Below, piece after piece: positions 1-9,665 of a stretch of 64,000 bases of DNA; position 1 is the stretch's first letter, and each line of letters begins with the position of its first letter. The notes below the pieces were generated by a model. It did no database searches, was not told the DNA's origin, and worked only from the letters and a program-made list of their open reading frames with translations. The stretch spans positions 62,001 through 126,000 of the IMG/VR virus record IMGVR_UViG_3300044701_003953; one strand, 5' to 3'. The position numbers were made by a program, and so were the translations under genes.

Positions 1-367
1 TGGATTCTAAGACTTGGTGTCGGAATTGTTCTCTTGCTTCGATGTAACTGCATTCGGCCTTGCTGTAACAGTAATAGAGTATCTCCCTGGTAAAGTTTTC
101 GGGACCTAGCGTTTCTACATCTCGGTTTAGTTCGTCGTTTGAGCCATAATAAGTCTGCCAGTCTGAATCGATTTTTGATTTGATGCGTTTTTTCTTTTTA
201 GTGCCATTCTTCAGTTTAACAGTTCGATAAGTGGTTTTTGAGAATTTTGCCAGTTTTTTGCCTATGTATTTCCTACCTGATACTCGATTCGTGATGAGAT
301 AGACGAAGCCTACACAATCGTCGGGCAAAGATTCTACGGGTGAGTTCTCGAAAAGCCACATGGACAT
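1..367 (-). CDS. GIY-YIG-family nuclease-like protein, conserved in T4-like phages (partial, runs off window start)
   Basis: Not in the ORF track. Manual translation from ATG at 367 (or 361): MSMWLFENSPVESLPDDCVGFVYLITNRVSGRKYIGKKLAKFSK...DSDWQTYYGSNDEL...FTREILYYC; GFVY...YIG motif; frame open to the edge. Confidence 0.75.
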   Translation of the reverse strand, partial: MSMWLFENSPVESLPDDCVGFVYLITNRVSGRKYIGKKLAKFSKTTYRTVKLKNGTKKKKRIKSKIDSDWQTYYGSNDELNRDVETLGPENFTREILYYCYSKAECSYIEAREQFRHQVLES

Positions 368-391
368 CCATAGTTATCGTTTTATCGTTGA

Positions 392-862
392 TCATAGATT
401 TTTTTCGTAGATCCAGCCAAGATGTTCGGTTTCGTGTATCCAGGTGTAGATGGGAAACGTCACGGGCAACACCCATTCTCCGTTCCAACCTAGGTAATCA
501 CCGCGGATCGCGGGTTCTAACACTATGCCTTGCTGTTCGCAGGTTCTGCGATATGCTTCAGGATAACGCGGATAGTATAAGGCCTGCTGACGGAAACTGT
601 CAAAATTCATGCCTTCGAACCCGATACCTTCTATGATCACGGCCTTGTCGAGATCCTGTTCGACTACTGTATCGCCGTCCCTTTTGTTGTAGAACTCCAC
701 GACCAAGAGATGGTCTCCATGTCCTCCGGAGACATCAAAAGTCTTGACGTGGTGATGATCGAGCTCGCCGCGGAACAATACTTGATCGTCCCAACGGATT
801 TCGATCTCGGGATAGTCGTCCCACCATACGGGTTTTAGAGTGATATCAATGACGGTATCCAT
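392..862 (-). CDS. hypothetical phage protein
   Basis: 156-aa ORF overlapping the end of the upstream radical SAM gene; C-terminal YLGWNGEW motif; no recognised domain. Confidence 0.7.
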   Translation of the reverse strand: MDTVIDITLKPVWWDDYPEIEIRWDDQVLFRGELDHHHVKTFDVSGGHGDHLLVVEFYNKRDGDTVVEQDLDKAVIIEGIGFEGMNFDSFRQQALYYPRYPEAYRRTCEQQGIVLEPAIRGDYLGWNGEWVLPVTFPIYTWIHETEHLGWIYEKNL

Positions 863-2153
863 ATATCCTTAACCAATCTGTTGCTTCAGGTAAAAAATCT
901 TCGACGGTCTTGTCGTGGAGCTCATCCTGCTCGCTGAGCCTAGCAGCCATATCTCGGCGTAGTTCATCGGCTCCTGCCGGTTCAGGTCTCCGCAAGTGTC
1001 GTATCAACGCTTCTGCTTCGTTCTTTAATGTGATCTCGACGTTGTTGGGATTCTTGGTATTGTTGAATCTTTCACCTTGTATCTGTATGCTGTCTGCGAA
1101 ATCCTGTAAGTGCTGTATAGTATATGCTTTGAGATCCTCGGGCAAGAGATCTGACAACATCCATCTTGGACGATTTGGGTAGCTGGCATCGATGGGGATA
1201 CGACGATCCAGGGCGTGTTTCAGTAGCGTGTGGTATCTTAATACTGATAATGCTGTAGGTACTGTACGGAAAGTCCATTGTACTTCTGGCATAGCATCTC
1301 TCATATCATCCACATTACGCAGGATCTGTGTGATGTCTGCGCCTTGCCGCAGATAATCGTTGGCACGGTCTGCTGTTTCGATGCTGACGCCAATCTCTAC
1401 TCGTTTGAAGATACGCAAGAGATCATGATATTTTGAGTAGTTGATACTACCGTTGGTAGTGAACGACAAGTTTAACCAAGTCATCTTTTTGTCGGCAAAC
1501 ATCTTCAGCAGATCTCGGAAACGCTCAATGAGTTCAGGTTCTCCGCCGATGATGTGTACTACACGAACCGACTCGTAATTTACATCGAACCAGTCAACGA
1601 AACGCTGCCAAGCCACCGGATCCTGCGTCCATGGCTCTAACTTGTAGTCGATAGGAATCCATCCCATCTTCCGTTGATCTTGTGCCACACGGCTAGATGC
1701 TTCGGGCGGACAAAACTTACAGCTGAAATTACAAGTGGTACCGATGTTGAGATGTAGGCTGGCTATGCGGGTAACAGTCTCTCCGTCGTTGTTGGCGCTG
1801 TAATCAAAATACCCTTTGTGCGGACTCTGCTCAAAACTACGGTCAAACTGTCGCTGGAAGATCACCGACTTGAGATTTTCTTTCTGTCTCGCAGATGTAT
1901 AACCGGCAGCATCTTTCATCTGGCACATGCGGCACATAGGATCCACGGTATCACCTAATTTGATCCTGCGCTTTTCCCGCATGCGACTGCTGTTCCAATA
2001 GTCATCGATGCCGATGCGTTTGATATTCCACTCCCGTCCTTCGCTGGTCATGATGATTTTGTCATTCTGGCACCCGCAGAGATCGTAACTGCCATCGTGA
2101 TTGATGTTCAGTTCGAACCACGGTATGTTACAGAATATATCTTTATTTGCCAT
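846..2153 (-). CDS. radical SAM protein with N-terminal twitch-like Fe-S domain
   Basis: CNFSCKFC (CxxxCxxC), GGEP, TTNGS; N-terminal FCNIPW...CGC...CRMC. Confidence 0.9.
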   Translation of the reverse strand: MANKDIFCNIPWFELNINHDGSYDLCGCQNDKIIMTSEGREWNIKRIGIDDYWNSSRMREKRRIKLGDTVDPMCRMCQMKDAAGYTSARQKENLKSVIFQRQFDRSFEQSPHKGYFDYSANNDGETVTRIASLHLNIGTTCNFSCKFCPPEASSRVAQDQRKMGWIPIDYKLEPWTQDPVAWQRFVDWFDVNYESVRVVHIIGGEPELIERFRDLLKMFADKKMTWLNLSFTTNGSINYSKYHDLLRIFKRVEIGVSIETADRANDYLRQGADITQILRNVDDMRDAMPEVQWTFRTVPTALSVLRYHTLLKHALDRRIPIDASYPNRPRWMLSDLLPEDLKAYTIQHLQDFADSIQIQGERFNNTKNPNNVEITLKNEAEALIRHLRRPEPAGADELRRDMAARLSEQDELHDKTVEDFLPEATDWLRIYGYRH

Positions 2154-3114
2154 GTTTGCTACATTTAAATTTACAGATAGGAGGCGGAAACATCTCCCAC
2201 CGCATCTTTAGTTCGTCCCAACAAGGATCGCTTAACACCGCATCAAATCCGCGAGTGCGCACATTGATACGGTCTTGATATTTTTCCAAGAAATCGTTTT
2301 CCATGTAGCCCGATCCAAACCAAGCACAAGGGAAAAACCTTCCGTCGGCACTGACGAATGGCATCTGTATACCATTGAGACATGCCTGTGGAGCATCGGT
2401 ATCTCTCTTCACTGGGGGAAGATGATATTTCCTGCCAAGCACTAGATTAGATCTACTGTACACACGATCTTCTTTGTAATTGTCGGGCTCTAGTGTATCA
2501 ACGCCTTGGTCATTGAGGTATCTAGGATCGTTGCTACCAAATTTCATGCTACGGACCAGATCAAATTGGTCCACGCCTAAATCACTGGCTAGTTTCCTGA
2601 TCTCCTCGGCACGATGGGCGTTGAATCGGAACAGTATCGTGCTCCAACGTATGTTGACGTCAGAGGAACCGCTAAGTGTCTTCAGTCCCGTGATGATAGA
2701 ATCCCAATCGCTGTTGACGCGATATATCTTGTTGCTGGCATCGTCCCAGCCATCTACGCTAAACGTCACGCGATCTTTTTCGTTTAGGAACGAACCCAGC
2801 TCTCGCCACCACTCGGGCTTTTTGTAACTACCGTTCGTGACTATGTTGACTTGTGTCTCGGGAGAAACAGTTTTGACATATCCAACGATCTCCAAGAAAT
2901 CTGTGGCATAGATGGGATCGCCGATGTCTCCGCAGAAGCTGAGGTATTTTATCTTTGACAGCACATCTTGTGTGAAGATCTGTTGGAATTCTGTGAGGCT
3001 ATAATCCCTGTTGATCTGCGGATGATCATCTTTTAATTCCGTGCGAGGACAGCGGGGACATTTGAGCACACATTTGGAACTGACTTCCAAATGCAAATGC
3101 GTGATGTCAAACAC
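2143..3114 (-). CDS. radical SAM protein with C-terminal SPASM/twitch domain
   Basis: CVLKCPRC, GDIGDP, VTNGS, FSVDG; C-terminal ACLNG...DGRFFPCAW...ICKFKC. Confidence 0.9.
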   Translation of the reverse strand: MFDITHLHLEVSSKCVLKCPRCPRTELKDDHPQINRDYSLTEFQQIFTQDVLSKIKYLSFCGDIGDPIYATDFLEIVGYVKTVSPETQVNIVTNGSYKKPEWWRELGSFLNEKDRVTFSVDGWDDASNKIYRVNSDWDSIITGLKTLSGSSDVNIRWSTILFRFNAHRAEEIRKLASDLGVDQFDLVRSMKFGSNDPRYLNDQGVDTLEPDNYKEDRVYSRSNLVLGRKYHLPPVKRDTDAPQACLNGIQMPFVSADGRFFPCAWFGSGYMENDFLEKYQDRINVRTRGFDAVLSDPCWDELKMRWEMFPPPICKFKCSKHGK

Positions 3115-4882
3115 CCGCGACCTCTACGTCGGTGTTGTAAGTGGTGAATCCGTTTTCTTTGACCACGTGCATGATGTTGTTCACTCGCCCTGCTAGTTCA
3201 TCTTTGTGCGATACTAGCCATACGCTACGATTCACGTCGCGGCTCATCTTCTTCAAGATAGCGAGTGCGTTCTCTACACCCGACGAGTCCATGCCCGAAT
3301 CTACTAGCTCGTCGATGAACAACAAGTTGATAGGCTGATACAGTCCTTCCCAGACATCTCGGAACGCCCAAGACAGTGAAAGGATCAAGCGATTGCGCTC
3401 ACCGCGTGATAAGTTGTCAAAGTCTAAGTCGCGCCCTAGCTCAGTGATCTCCACTGTGAGATCGTTCTGGAACTTCACTGTATGTGGGAGTCCGATACGA
3501 TCTAGATAGTAACTGAGTCGCTGGTTCAAGTAAGCGAGGTTCTGATCGATGATGCGTTTGCGCACGAACGAGTCCTTGCTGGTCAATAGTTTCAGCAAGA
3601 AGTCTTGGTGATCTCGCACTCGCGCGATCTCGTTGATAGTATCGTAGTTGACTTCTTCTACCGCCGCTTCTTCCATCTCACGGATCTGCTCGCTGTAGGG
3701 ATCATGTTCGGCTTCACGTGTGACCAGATTGGTCTTGAGTGTTTCCAGCGTATTGCGATGATTGAGGGCATCTTCCAGCGTGTCATAGAACACCACAGGA
3801 GGATGTCGCAAGTCGCCTAAATCTAGCAAAGCAGACTTGATAGCTTCCACTTCTTCGCCGATGGCCTTGGCTTGATCTTGTGCTTCAGTCAACGATGATT
3901 GTTTGCTATTCAGTATCTCGTCTTGCTTGGCATCGTGTATGTCTTGTCCACAAGCATAGCACTTGTGTTCTTTGAGAGACACGATTTCTTTTTCTAGTTT
4001 GGATGCTAGTTTAGTCAGACGATCTAGCTCGGCTTCGCTTTGACGCTGTGCTTTGGCCAAGTCAGATCGTGTTTTTTGTTCTTCGTTGAACGATACCAGA
4101 TCTCTGTGTGCTTGGATCTCGGCTTCGATGTCGATCTTTTCTAGTTCGGCGATACCTGCCCGCATCTTGTCGCAGTCTTCGTCTTGCTTGGCCACCCACA
4201 GTCGCTGGCGTTTGCGCAGGCTTTCGATCTGTTCTTCGATGCGCCGATTGGCGTCTTGGACGGCTTTGATGCGAGCTTCTTCTTGCGTGATGGCATCTTT
4301 AGTGGCTTTGATCTGCTCTTTGAGACGATCTGCTTTTTCCGATAGTAGAGTGATGCCCAGCAGTTGTTCGATGATGGTACGTTGATCGTTGGCTCGTAAA
4401 GCTAAGAATGGTTCTGTGTAAGTGTTGAGTGCTACTACATGCTTGAACATCTCGTGTTCCATGCCCAACATGCGTTCGATGTCGGCTTGTGTTTCTCTGC
4501 TGTCGCCTTGTGCGTCGTCGGTGATCTCTTGCTCGTCACCTGCCACCCAGAACTTCATGACATTGGGCTTGCGTCCGCGTTCGATGCGATAGTCTATGCC
4601 ATCTTTCTCAAACTCGATAGTGACCAACATGTTCTTGCCATTGGTCTTGTTGATGAGGTTGTCTTTTTTGATGTTGGTCAGCGCATTGCCATATAACGCA
4701 TAGCTGAGGGCGTTGATGATGGTAGTCTTGCCTGTGCCGTTACGGGCACCAGAATCGTCACCGCCGAGATCCAAGTTCTCACCTAAGACTAGCGTGAGAT
4801 CTTTTCGATCGAAATTCACAGCCTGCGTGGCGTTACCCACGCTCATGAAGTTTTTAACAGTCAGGGTTTTGATCTTGAACAT
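3107..4882 (-). CDS. gp46: recombination endonuclease ATPase subunit, T4 gp46-like (Rad50/SbcC)
   Basis: Walker A GARNGTGKT, coiled coils, zinc hook CYAC, signature LSRGE, Walker B LLFIDE, VSH. Confidence 0.93.
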   Translation of the reverse strand: MFKIKTLTVKNFMSVGNATQAVNFDRKDLTLVLGENLDLGGDDSGARNGTGKTTIINALSYALYGNALTNIKKDNLINKTNGKNMLVTIEFEKDGIDYRIERGRKPNVMKFWVAGDEQEITDDAQGDSRETQADIERMLGMEHEMFKHVVALNTYTEPFLALRANDQRTIIEQLLGITLLSEKADRLKEQIKATKDAITQEEARIKAVQDANRRIEEQIESLRKRQRLWVAKQDEDCDKMRAGIAELEKIDIEAEIQAHRDLVSFNEEQKTRSDLAKAQRQSEAELDRLTKLASKLEKEIVSLKEHKCYACGQDIHDAKQDEILNSKQSSLTEAQDQAKAIGEEVEAIKSALLDLGDLRHPPVVFYDTLEDALNHRNTLETLKTNLVTREAEHDPYSEQIREMEEAAVEEVNYDTINEIARVRDHQDFLLKLLTSKDSFVRKRIIDQNLAYLNQRLSYYLDRIGLPHTVKFQNDLTVEITELGRDLDFDNLSRGERNRLILSLSWAFRDVWEGLYQPINLLFIDELVDSGMDSSGVENALAILKKMSRDVNRSVWLVSHKDELAGRVNNIMHVVKENGFTTYNTDVEVAGV

Positions 4883-4895
4883 AATCTTTGATATT

Positions 4896-6497
4896 TTACA
4901 CTAGTCCCAGTGCTTTCGCGACCTCGGGATGTGCTTTGGCAAAACTTTCTCCTCGCACAGAATCGAGTTGATTCATATAGTTGACGAATGGGATGTTTTC
5001 TGTATGCTTGGATTTTTCCAATATACCTAAAACTGTTTCGATGAAAGGTCGTGTGCGTTCGTTGAACGAATGGCTCTTAAGTTTTTCTATGCTGAGTTCG
5101 GCCGCTTTCTTTGGGATCTTTGACAAGCTCAGATGATCGGGGTTGTATAGTATGCTGAAGTATAGATCTTCGAATCCCGCACTCTCGATCCAATCACACA
5201 ATTCCGGGAGATAATGTACATTCATGACGCTTACTACACAATGTATGTTCAATATCACGTTATTGGTTTTATGTTCTTTGATGTATCGCACATTTTGTTC
5301 GACTGTGCTCCAACCAAATTTCTCGCCACCTGGGCGTTGTATATCGAATCGATCACCGATATCGTCGATACTGATAGCTAAGTCGATTTTTTTAAAGTGA
5401 CGCCATAGATCTAGTAGATGGTCATTGATGATCGAGCCATTGGTATTATAATGTATCGAAACATCGCCGGCGATATTCCGTTCTACCATCGATTCTAATG
5501 CTCGTAGATGATTCTTATCTAATAGCGGTTCGCCTCCGGCAAAGTCAAAATATTTTATCTGTGGGTTATCGATCACGCTATCCCATAGAGTCTGACCGTC
5601 ATGTATCCATTTGCCTTTTTCGATCGCTTGCCATGCTCGGTGTGTCTTTTTTTCTTTTGTAGACAAAGGTGCTAAAATCTCTCCAGCGATCTTGCTACTG
5701 CTTTTTTCGGAACAGATACGACATTTGAAATTACATACGTTCCCAAACGCCACAGAGACCATCTTGAGATTTTTTAGATCATCTTCTTCCCAATTGATAG
5801 ATCTGCTGTCGTCACCGAATCTTAAGGCATATAACTGTCTTTTACTGACAGCACCGCTTTCTTCCTCTTTCCAACAACGAGAACATGCTTGTAGTCTGAC
5901 ACCTTCGCGGAATAGTCTACGTAGCTTTTTCATGTAATTGCTATTATAGACTTCCTCCAATGAATCGACGGTTGGGTCAAACAAAGTACCGTTGTCTCTG
6001 GTGGCTCCGCCTTGATAAAAGCAACAAGGAGCGAATGTGCCGATTGGGCTGATATCTAGAGAATTCCAAGGCAAAGGGCACACAGTCGCTGGCATACCAA
6101 ACGCCGCACGACTTTCAGTTATTTCTGTGGGTTGATGGTGATTCCCGTCTGTCTGCTCATCGATGAGCACCGTGGGAGGTGAATCTACCCCGACCGCTTG
6201 GTAACATCGTGTCGCGATGTCGTGTTCCCTATCGCCGGGTAACACCAATACTATGAAAAAATTTGGGACATCGACGACTTTTAGTTGTTGGAAAAAGTCT
6301 TTGAAAAATCTTTCTAATAGATCGTCGCTGACAGTATCGCGGAGGTAAAACACCAGACGTTCATCGTCTCGGTACTCTTCTCTCTTCAGTGATTTGAGAT
6401 GTAGATAGAAATCGCCCCAAGACATAGAAAAGAAATCTCCGATGTCTTGGCATACGATGACAGAGTACTCTTCTTGTAGATTTTCTAATAGGGTCAT
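4896..6497 (-). CDS. radical SAM protein with N-terminal twitch-like domain and ~135-aa N-terminal extension
   Basis: VCPLPW...PCC...CSRC, then CNFKCRIC, GGEP, YNTNGS, ISIDD. Confidence 0.9.
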   Translation of the reverse strand: MTLLENLQEEYSVIVCQDIGDFFSMSWGDFYLHLKSLKREEYRDDERLVFYLRDTVSDDLLERFFKDFFQQLKVVDVPNFFIVLVLPGDREHDIATRCYQAVGVDSPPTVLIDEQTDGNHHQPTEITESRAAFGMPATVCPLPWNSLDISPIGTFAPCCFYQGGATRDNGTLFDPTVDSLEEVYNSNYMKKLRRLFREGVRLQACSRCWKEEESGAVSKRQLYALRFGDDSRSINWEEDDLKNLKMVSVAFGNVCNFKCRICSEKSSSKIAGEILAPLSTKEKKTHRAWQAIEKGKWIHDGQTLWDSVIDNPQIKYFDFAGGEPLLDKNHLRALESMVERNIAGDVSIHYNTNGSIINDHLLDLWRHFKKIDLAISIDDIGDRFDIQRPGGEKFGWSTVEQNVRYIKEHKTNNVILNIHCVVSVMNVHYLPELCDWIESAGFEDLYFSILYNPDHLSLSKIPKKAAELSIEKLKSHSFNERTRPFIETVLGILEKSKHTENIPFVNYMNQLDSVRGESFAKAHPEVAKALGLV

Positions 6498-7510
6498 AGA
6501 TTCTGGTAGATGTTCAGCAACATGCCACGATCATACTGCTCGCTTTCGATGTTGGTGATCTGATCCGCCACGATCTGGTCTACGCTCTCAAACGCGATCT
6601 GCGCAGAGGAACCTCCGTCGGTGACGTCGGAGTTCTTGGCCGGGATCAGCGTGAACTCACGTAAGCCATATTGCCCCATGAATGTTTCTTTGAGGAACGA
6701 AGCTTCTTCGTAGGAGATGTCAACATCGATGTTGACACGGGCATGTAGCCCTTTGAACAACAGTGAATCGGTGTTTTTGAGTATGTTGGAAAGTTGATAC
6801 ACACGATAACGGGGTTGGTCGGGCCAAGCATGGAACACGGGATCTTTGCCCCATTCCAGGACCATCATGCCGCGTTCGTCGTCACCGGCATCAGCATAGT
6901 TATGCGGAAAGCAGTTTCCGATGTAAGTGATATTGTTATTGGATTGGCGTTTATGGAAATGTCCAGTAAACACCTGATCGAATCCGTGGAAGGCGTTGGC
7001 GTTGATCTCCCCGTGGTCGGGCATCTGTACCATGGCGTTCATGAAGTAGCCAGGTAACTCAAAGTGCCCAAACATGTATTTGCCTTTGAGCTTGGGTACC
7101 TTCTTGTGATCTTCTCCTACCAGCCAAGGTGCGATGACCACATCGCCTTCGTTGAACCAATCGTTACAGATGTGTACGTTTGGTAGATGCCGCGCCCACT
7201 CGACGCTTTGTACGTCACGGCGGTCTCTGTAGTAGAGATCGTGGTTGCCAGGGATGAAGAACACATTGTCAAAGTTCTCATTGAGGTGCTCTAGTGCCCG
7301 GAGGCTGTAAGTCAGTGTCACGATATTGATGGACGCACGATTGTTGTGCCAGTCGCCCAAGAACATCGCCGTCTCGCAACCTTCTTCTCGGGCTTTGGCA
7401 GTGGCCCATTTGACGAATGCTAGACAATCGTCGTTGTGTAATTGGCTGTTGGATTTAAGCCCAAAGTGGATGTCGGTGAACACCGCAGCCTTGCGGAACA
7501 GATTCGCCAT
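6494..7510 (-). CDS. gp47: recombination endonuclease nuclease subunit, T4 gp47-like (Mre11/SbcD)
   Basis: Metallophosphoesterase motifs TDIHFG, GDWH, GNHD, GHFE, GHFH; lies between the gp55-like and gp46-like genes. Confidence 0.93.
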   Translation of the reverse strand: MANLFRKAAVFTDIHFGLKSNSQLHNDDCLAFVKWATAKAREEGCETAMFLGDWHNNRASINIVTLTYSLRALEHLNENFDNVFFIPGNHDLYYRDRRDVQSVEWARHLPNVHICNDWFNEGDVVIAPWLVGEDHKKVPKLKGKYMFGHFELPGYFMNAMVQMPDHGEINANAFHGFDQVFTGHFHKRQSNNNITYIGNCFPHNYADAGDDERGMMVLEWGKDPVFHAWPDQPRYRVYQLSNILKNTDSLLFKGLHARVNIDVDISYEEASFLKETFMGQYGLREFTLIPAKNSDVTDGGSSAQIAFESVDQIVADQITNIESEQYDRGMLLNIYQNL

Positions 7511-7516
7511 GTTTGA

Positions 7517-8413
7517 TTATTCCTCTACCGGTGATCCACTACCACCGCCACCGCCCCAAGTAGTTCCTTGGGCCTGTCGTGTGTAGCTAGGGGTGAGTCC
7601 GTTCATTTCTAAGATGTCGTCGCGTAAGTTCTGATTACGTTTTTCGATGTTTAACACACGAGTGAAACTATTAGTGATAGCGGCAGTATAATACGCAAAA
7701 GGGTTCTGCGATTTTGATTCGTCAAATTGGAGTCCGATCTGGCTGAGCTGTAAGAGTGCTTGGCTTCGCATTTCGTCATTGTAAGTGTATCCTCTCCAGT
7801 TTGAACGCATGGCATAACGCTCACAGAGTTTTAAAAACATGTGTGCGAGTTTATTGGTCATCGCACCGTGGTCCCGGGAAAATTCGCCGGTGTCAAGGTC
7901 GCCCCGCCAGTGGCTTTTGCCCACGCAAAAAGGTTCCCCATCTTCTGTGACACGGAAATGCTGGAACGGCGGGAAATTGACTTTCATGTATTTGGTAGGG
8001 GCACCAGCGGCCGGCTCCTCTAGATCGTCGTACTCACTGAGCACCGGCTCTTCGTCAAATAGCAGGGGTGCTTTTTGGTTCTTGGGTTTCTTCTTGGATG
8101 TGTCAATAGGAATATGGTCCCAGGTCATCACACGGAACACTACGTCTGTGTCGGGTACGTCTTTGAGTTTGATCTCAAATTCATCCAATTTCCTTTTGAC
8201 ACCATCCACTGAAGCGGCTTCGTGGGCCAATTTGGCCAGGCGCTCGGCACGATTCCTCCGTGCTTCGAGTATGTTCTTTTTGTTTATCTTTTTGATATCT
8301 GGCAAGATCATGTCGTAATCCTTGTCGCTGGGATCACGGAAACTACAGTAAGTAGTCTTGCTCTTGTGTATTTCTTTAAGGATATCTTTGTTGTTAAGGT
8401 AATTGTGTTTCAT
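7517..8413 (-). CDS. gp55: late transcription sigma factor, T4 gp55-like, with internal insertion
   Basis: N-terminal HNYLNNKD and C-terminal NWRGYTYNDEM...FDESKSQNPFAYYT match gp55 motifs; gp55-gp47-gp46 synteny. Start moved to ATG 8413 (298 aa). Confidence 0.8.
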   Translation of the reverse strand: MKHNYLNNKDILKEIHKSKTTYCSFRDPSDKDYDMILPDIKKINKKNILEARRNRAERLAKLAHEAASVDGVKRKLDEFEIKLKDVPDTDVVFRVMTWDHIPIDTSKKKPKNQKAPLLFDEEPVLSEYDDLEEPAAGAPTKYMKVNFPPFQHFRVTEDGEPFCVGKSHWRGDLDTGEFSRDHGAMTNKLAHMFLKLCERYAMRSNWRGYTYNDEMRSQALLQLSQIGLQFDESKSQNPFAYYTAAITNSFTRVLNIEKRNQNLRDDILEMNGLTPSYTRQAQGTTWGGGGGSGSPVEE

Positions 8414-8438
8414 GGAGTTCCTATAATATGACCACTTT

Positions 8439-8467
8439 ATATTAAGCGATAAATATTCAAAAAGCAA
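8439..8467 (-). promoter_or_regulatory. putative sigma70-type promoter for the gp55-gp47-gp46 operon
   Basis: Minus strand TTGCTT (8467-8462), 17 nt, TAATAT (8444-8439), upstream of AGGA and ATG 8413. Confidence 0.4.
8448..8455 (+). promoter_or_regulatory. putative late promoter (GATAAATA)
   Basis: Resembles the T4 late promoter TATAAATA; sits upstream of the first structural gene; same core recurs before other structural genes. Confidence 0.6.
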
Positions 8468-8483
8468 GAGGAAATATCACCAA

Positions 8484-9359
8484 ATGGGTATCTTAGACAC
8501 GGTCAGTGGATTTTTTAATAAATCACCAAACACCACGCCAACCTTTGGCACCGAAGACTTTGTCCCCGGTGTGACCGACGCACAACCGTCGGGATTCAAG
8601 ATGCCCGGCATCGTTGATACCGCCCTAAACATATTTGATCCTAGTAATGCTCGGAGAACTATCTCGGGTTTGCTCAAAGGGGGCGCCTCGTCGAGACCTG
8701 CCATGAGTGTGGTCGGATTTAATAGCGCCGGTAGTGTAGGAGAAAGCGACTGGCGTGTTCGTATCAGCCTAGCTGACCAGTCCGATTACTTTTACAATGA
8801 TTCTATCAAAGGTGTCATGTCTCCGTTGTTTAATGGCACCGGCGAAAGTGGGGTAGTTTTTCCTTACACTCCTAGCATACAGGTACAACATACTGCTCGC
8901 TACGGAAATCAAAAACTCACACACAGTAATTATGACGCTTATTTCTACGAAGGGTCAGAAGTGCAAGCCATAACCATATCTGGAGAATTTACAGCACAAA
9001 ACGAACTAGAGGCAAGATATGTGTTGGCTACCATTTATTTTTTCCGGGCCTGTACTAAGATGTGGTTTGGACAGGGATCAAGAGCAGGTAATCCTCCTCC
9101 TGTGGTCTATCTTGACGGATACGGAGATCATTACTTTCCGCATGTGTCTTGCGTAATAACAAACTTTTCGCACACAATGCCGCAGGACACCGACTATATC
9201 GAAACATATCCTATGCCCGGACAAAAAACACGGATTCCAACCACTAGCACGGTATCGGTGACCTTACAGCCTGTGGTCAGTCGACGTAAAGCAATCGGGT
9301 TTGATCTTGATGAGTTTGCCCGAGGCGATTTATTAAAAGGACGAGGGGGTTTCCTGTAA
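8484..9359 (+). CDS. baseplate/tail tube initiator-like structural protein
   Basis: FPYTP..., AITISGEF, GNPPPVVYLDGYG, CVITNFSHTMP pattern typical of tube-initiator (gp48/gp54/gpU-like) proteins; first gene of the baseplate cluster. Confidence 0.6.
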   Translation: MGILDTVSGFFNKSPNTTPTFGTEDFVPGVTDAQPSGFKMPGIVDTALNIFDPSNARRTISGLLKGGASSRPAMSVVGFNSAGSVGESDWRVRISLADQSDYFYNDSIKGVMSPLFNGTGESGVVFPYTPSIQVQHTARYGNQKLTHSNYDAYFYEGSEVQAITISGEFTAQNELEARYVLATIYFFRACTKMWFGQGSRAGNPPPVVYLDGYGDHYFPHVSCVITNFSHTMPQDTDYIETYPMPGQKTRIPTTSTVSVTLQPVVSRRKAIGFDLDEFARGDLLKGRGGFL

Positions 9360-9362
9360 GCC

Positions 9363-9662
9363 ATGGCCACTTATAACAAAAATAGTCCATACTATGATAC
9401 TAAAATCTACAGCGGATTTTTAGATATCATGCAGACTCGCACATTCCGTAAGCTGGCATCCGATGTAGTCTATCGTATAGATCGCATCTATCAATATCGT
9501 CCCGATTTGCTGGCACATGATATCTATGGCGACTCGGGCCTTTGGTGGGTTTTCTCTGCACGAAACCCCAATGTAATCAAAGATCCTGTGTTTGATTTCC
9601 GTCCAGGTGTGTCTATATACATTCCCAAGAAAGAAACACTGATCGCAGACCTGGGGCTCTAG
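9363..9662 (+). CDS. baseplate wedge subunit, gp53-like (LysM-like)
   Basis: RPDLLAHDIYGDSGLWWVF..RN motif; position. Confidence 0.75.
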   Translation: MATYNKNSPYYDTKIYSGFLDIMQTRTFRKLASDVVYRIDRIYQYRPDLLAHDIYGDSGLWWVFSARNPNVIKDPVFDFRPGVSIYIPKKETLIADLGL

Positions 9663-9665
9663 TAG

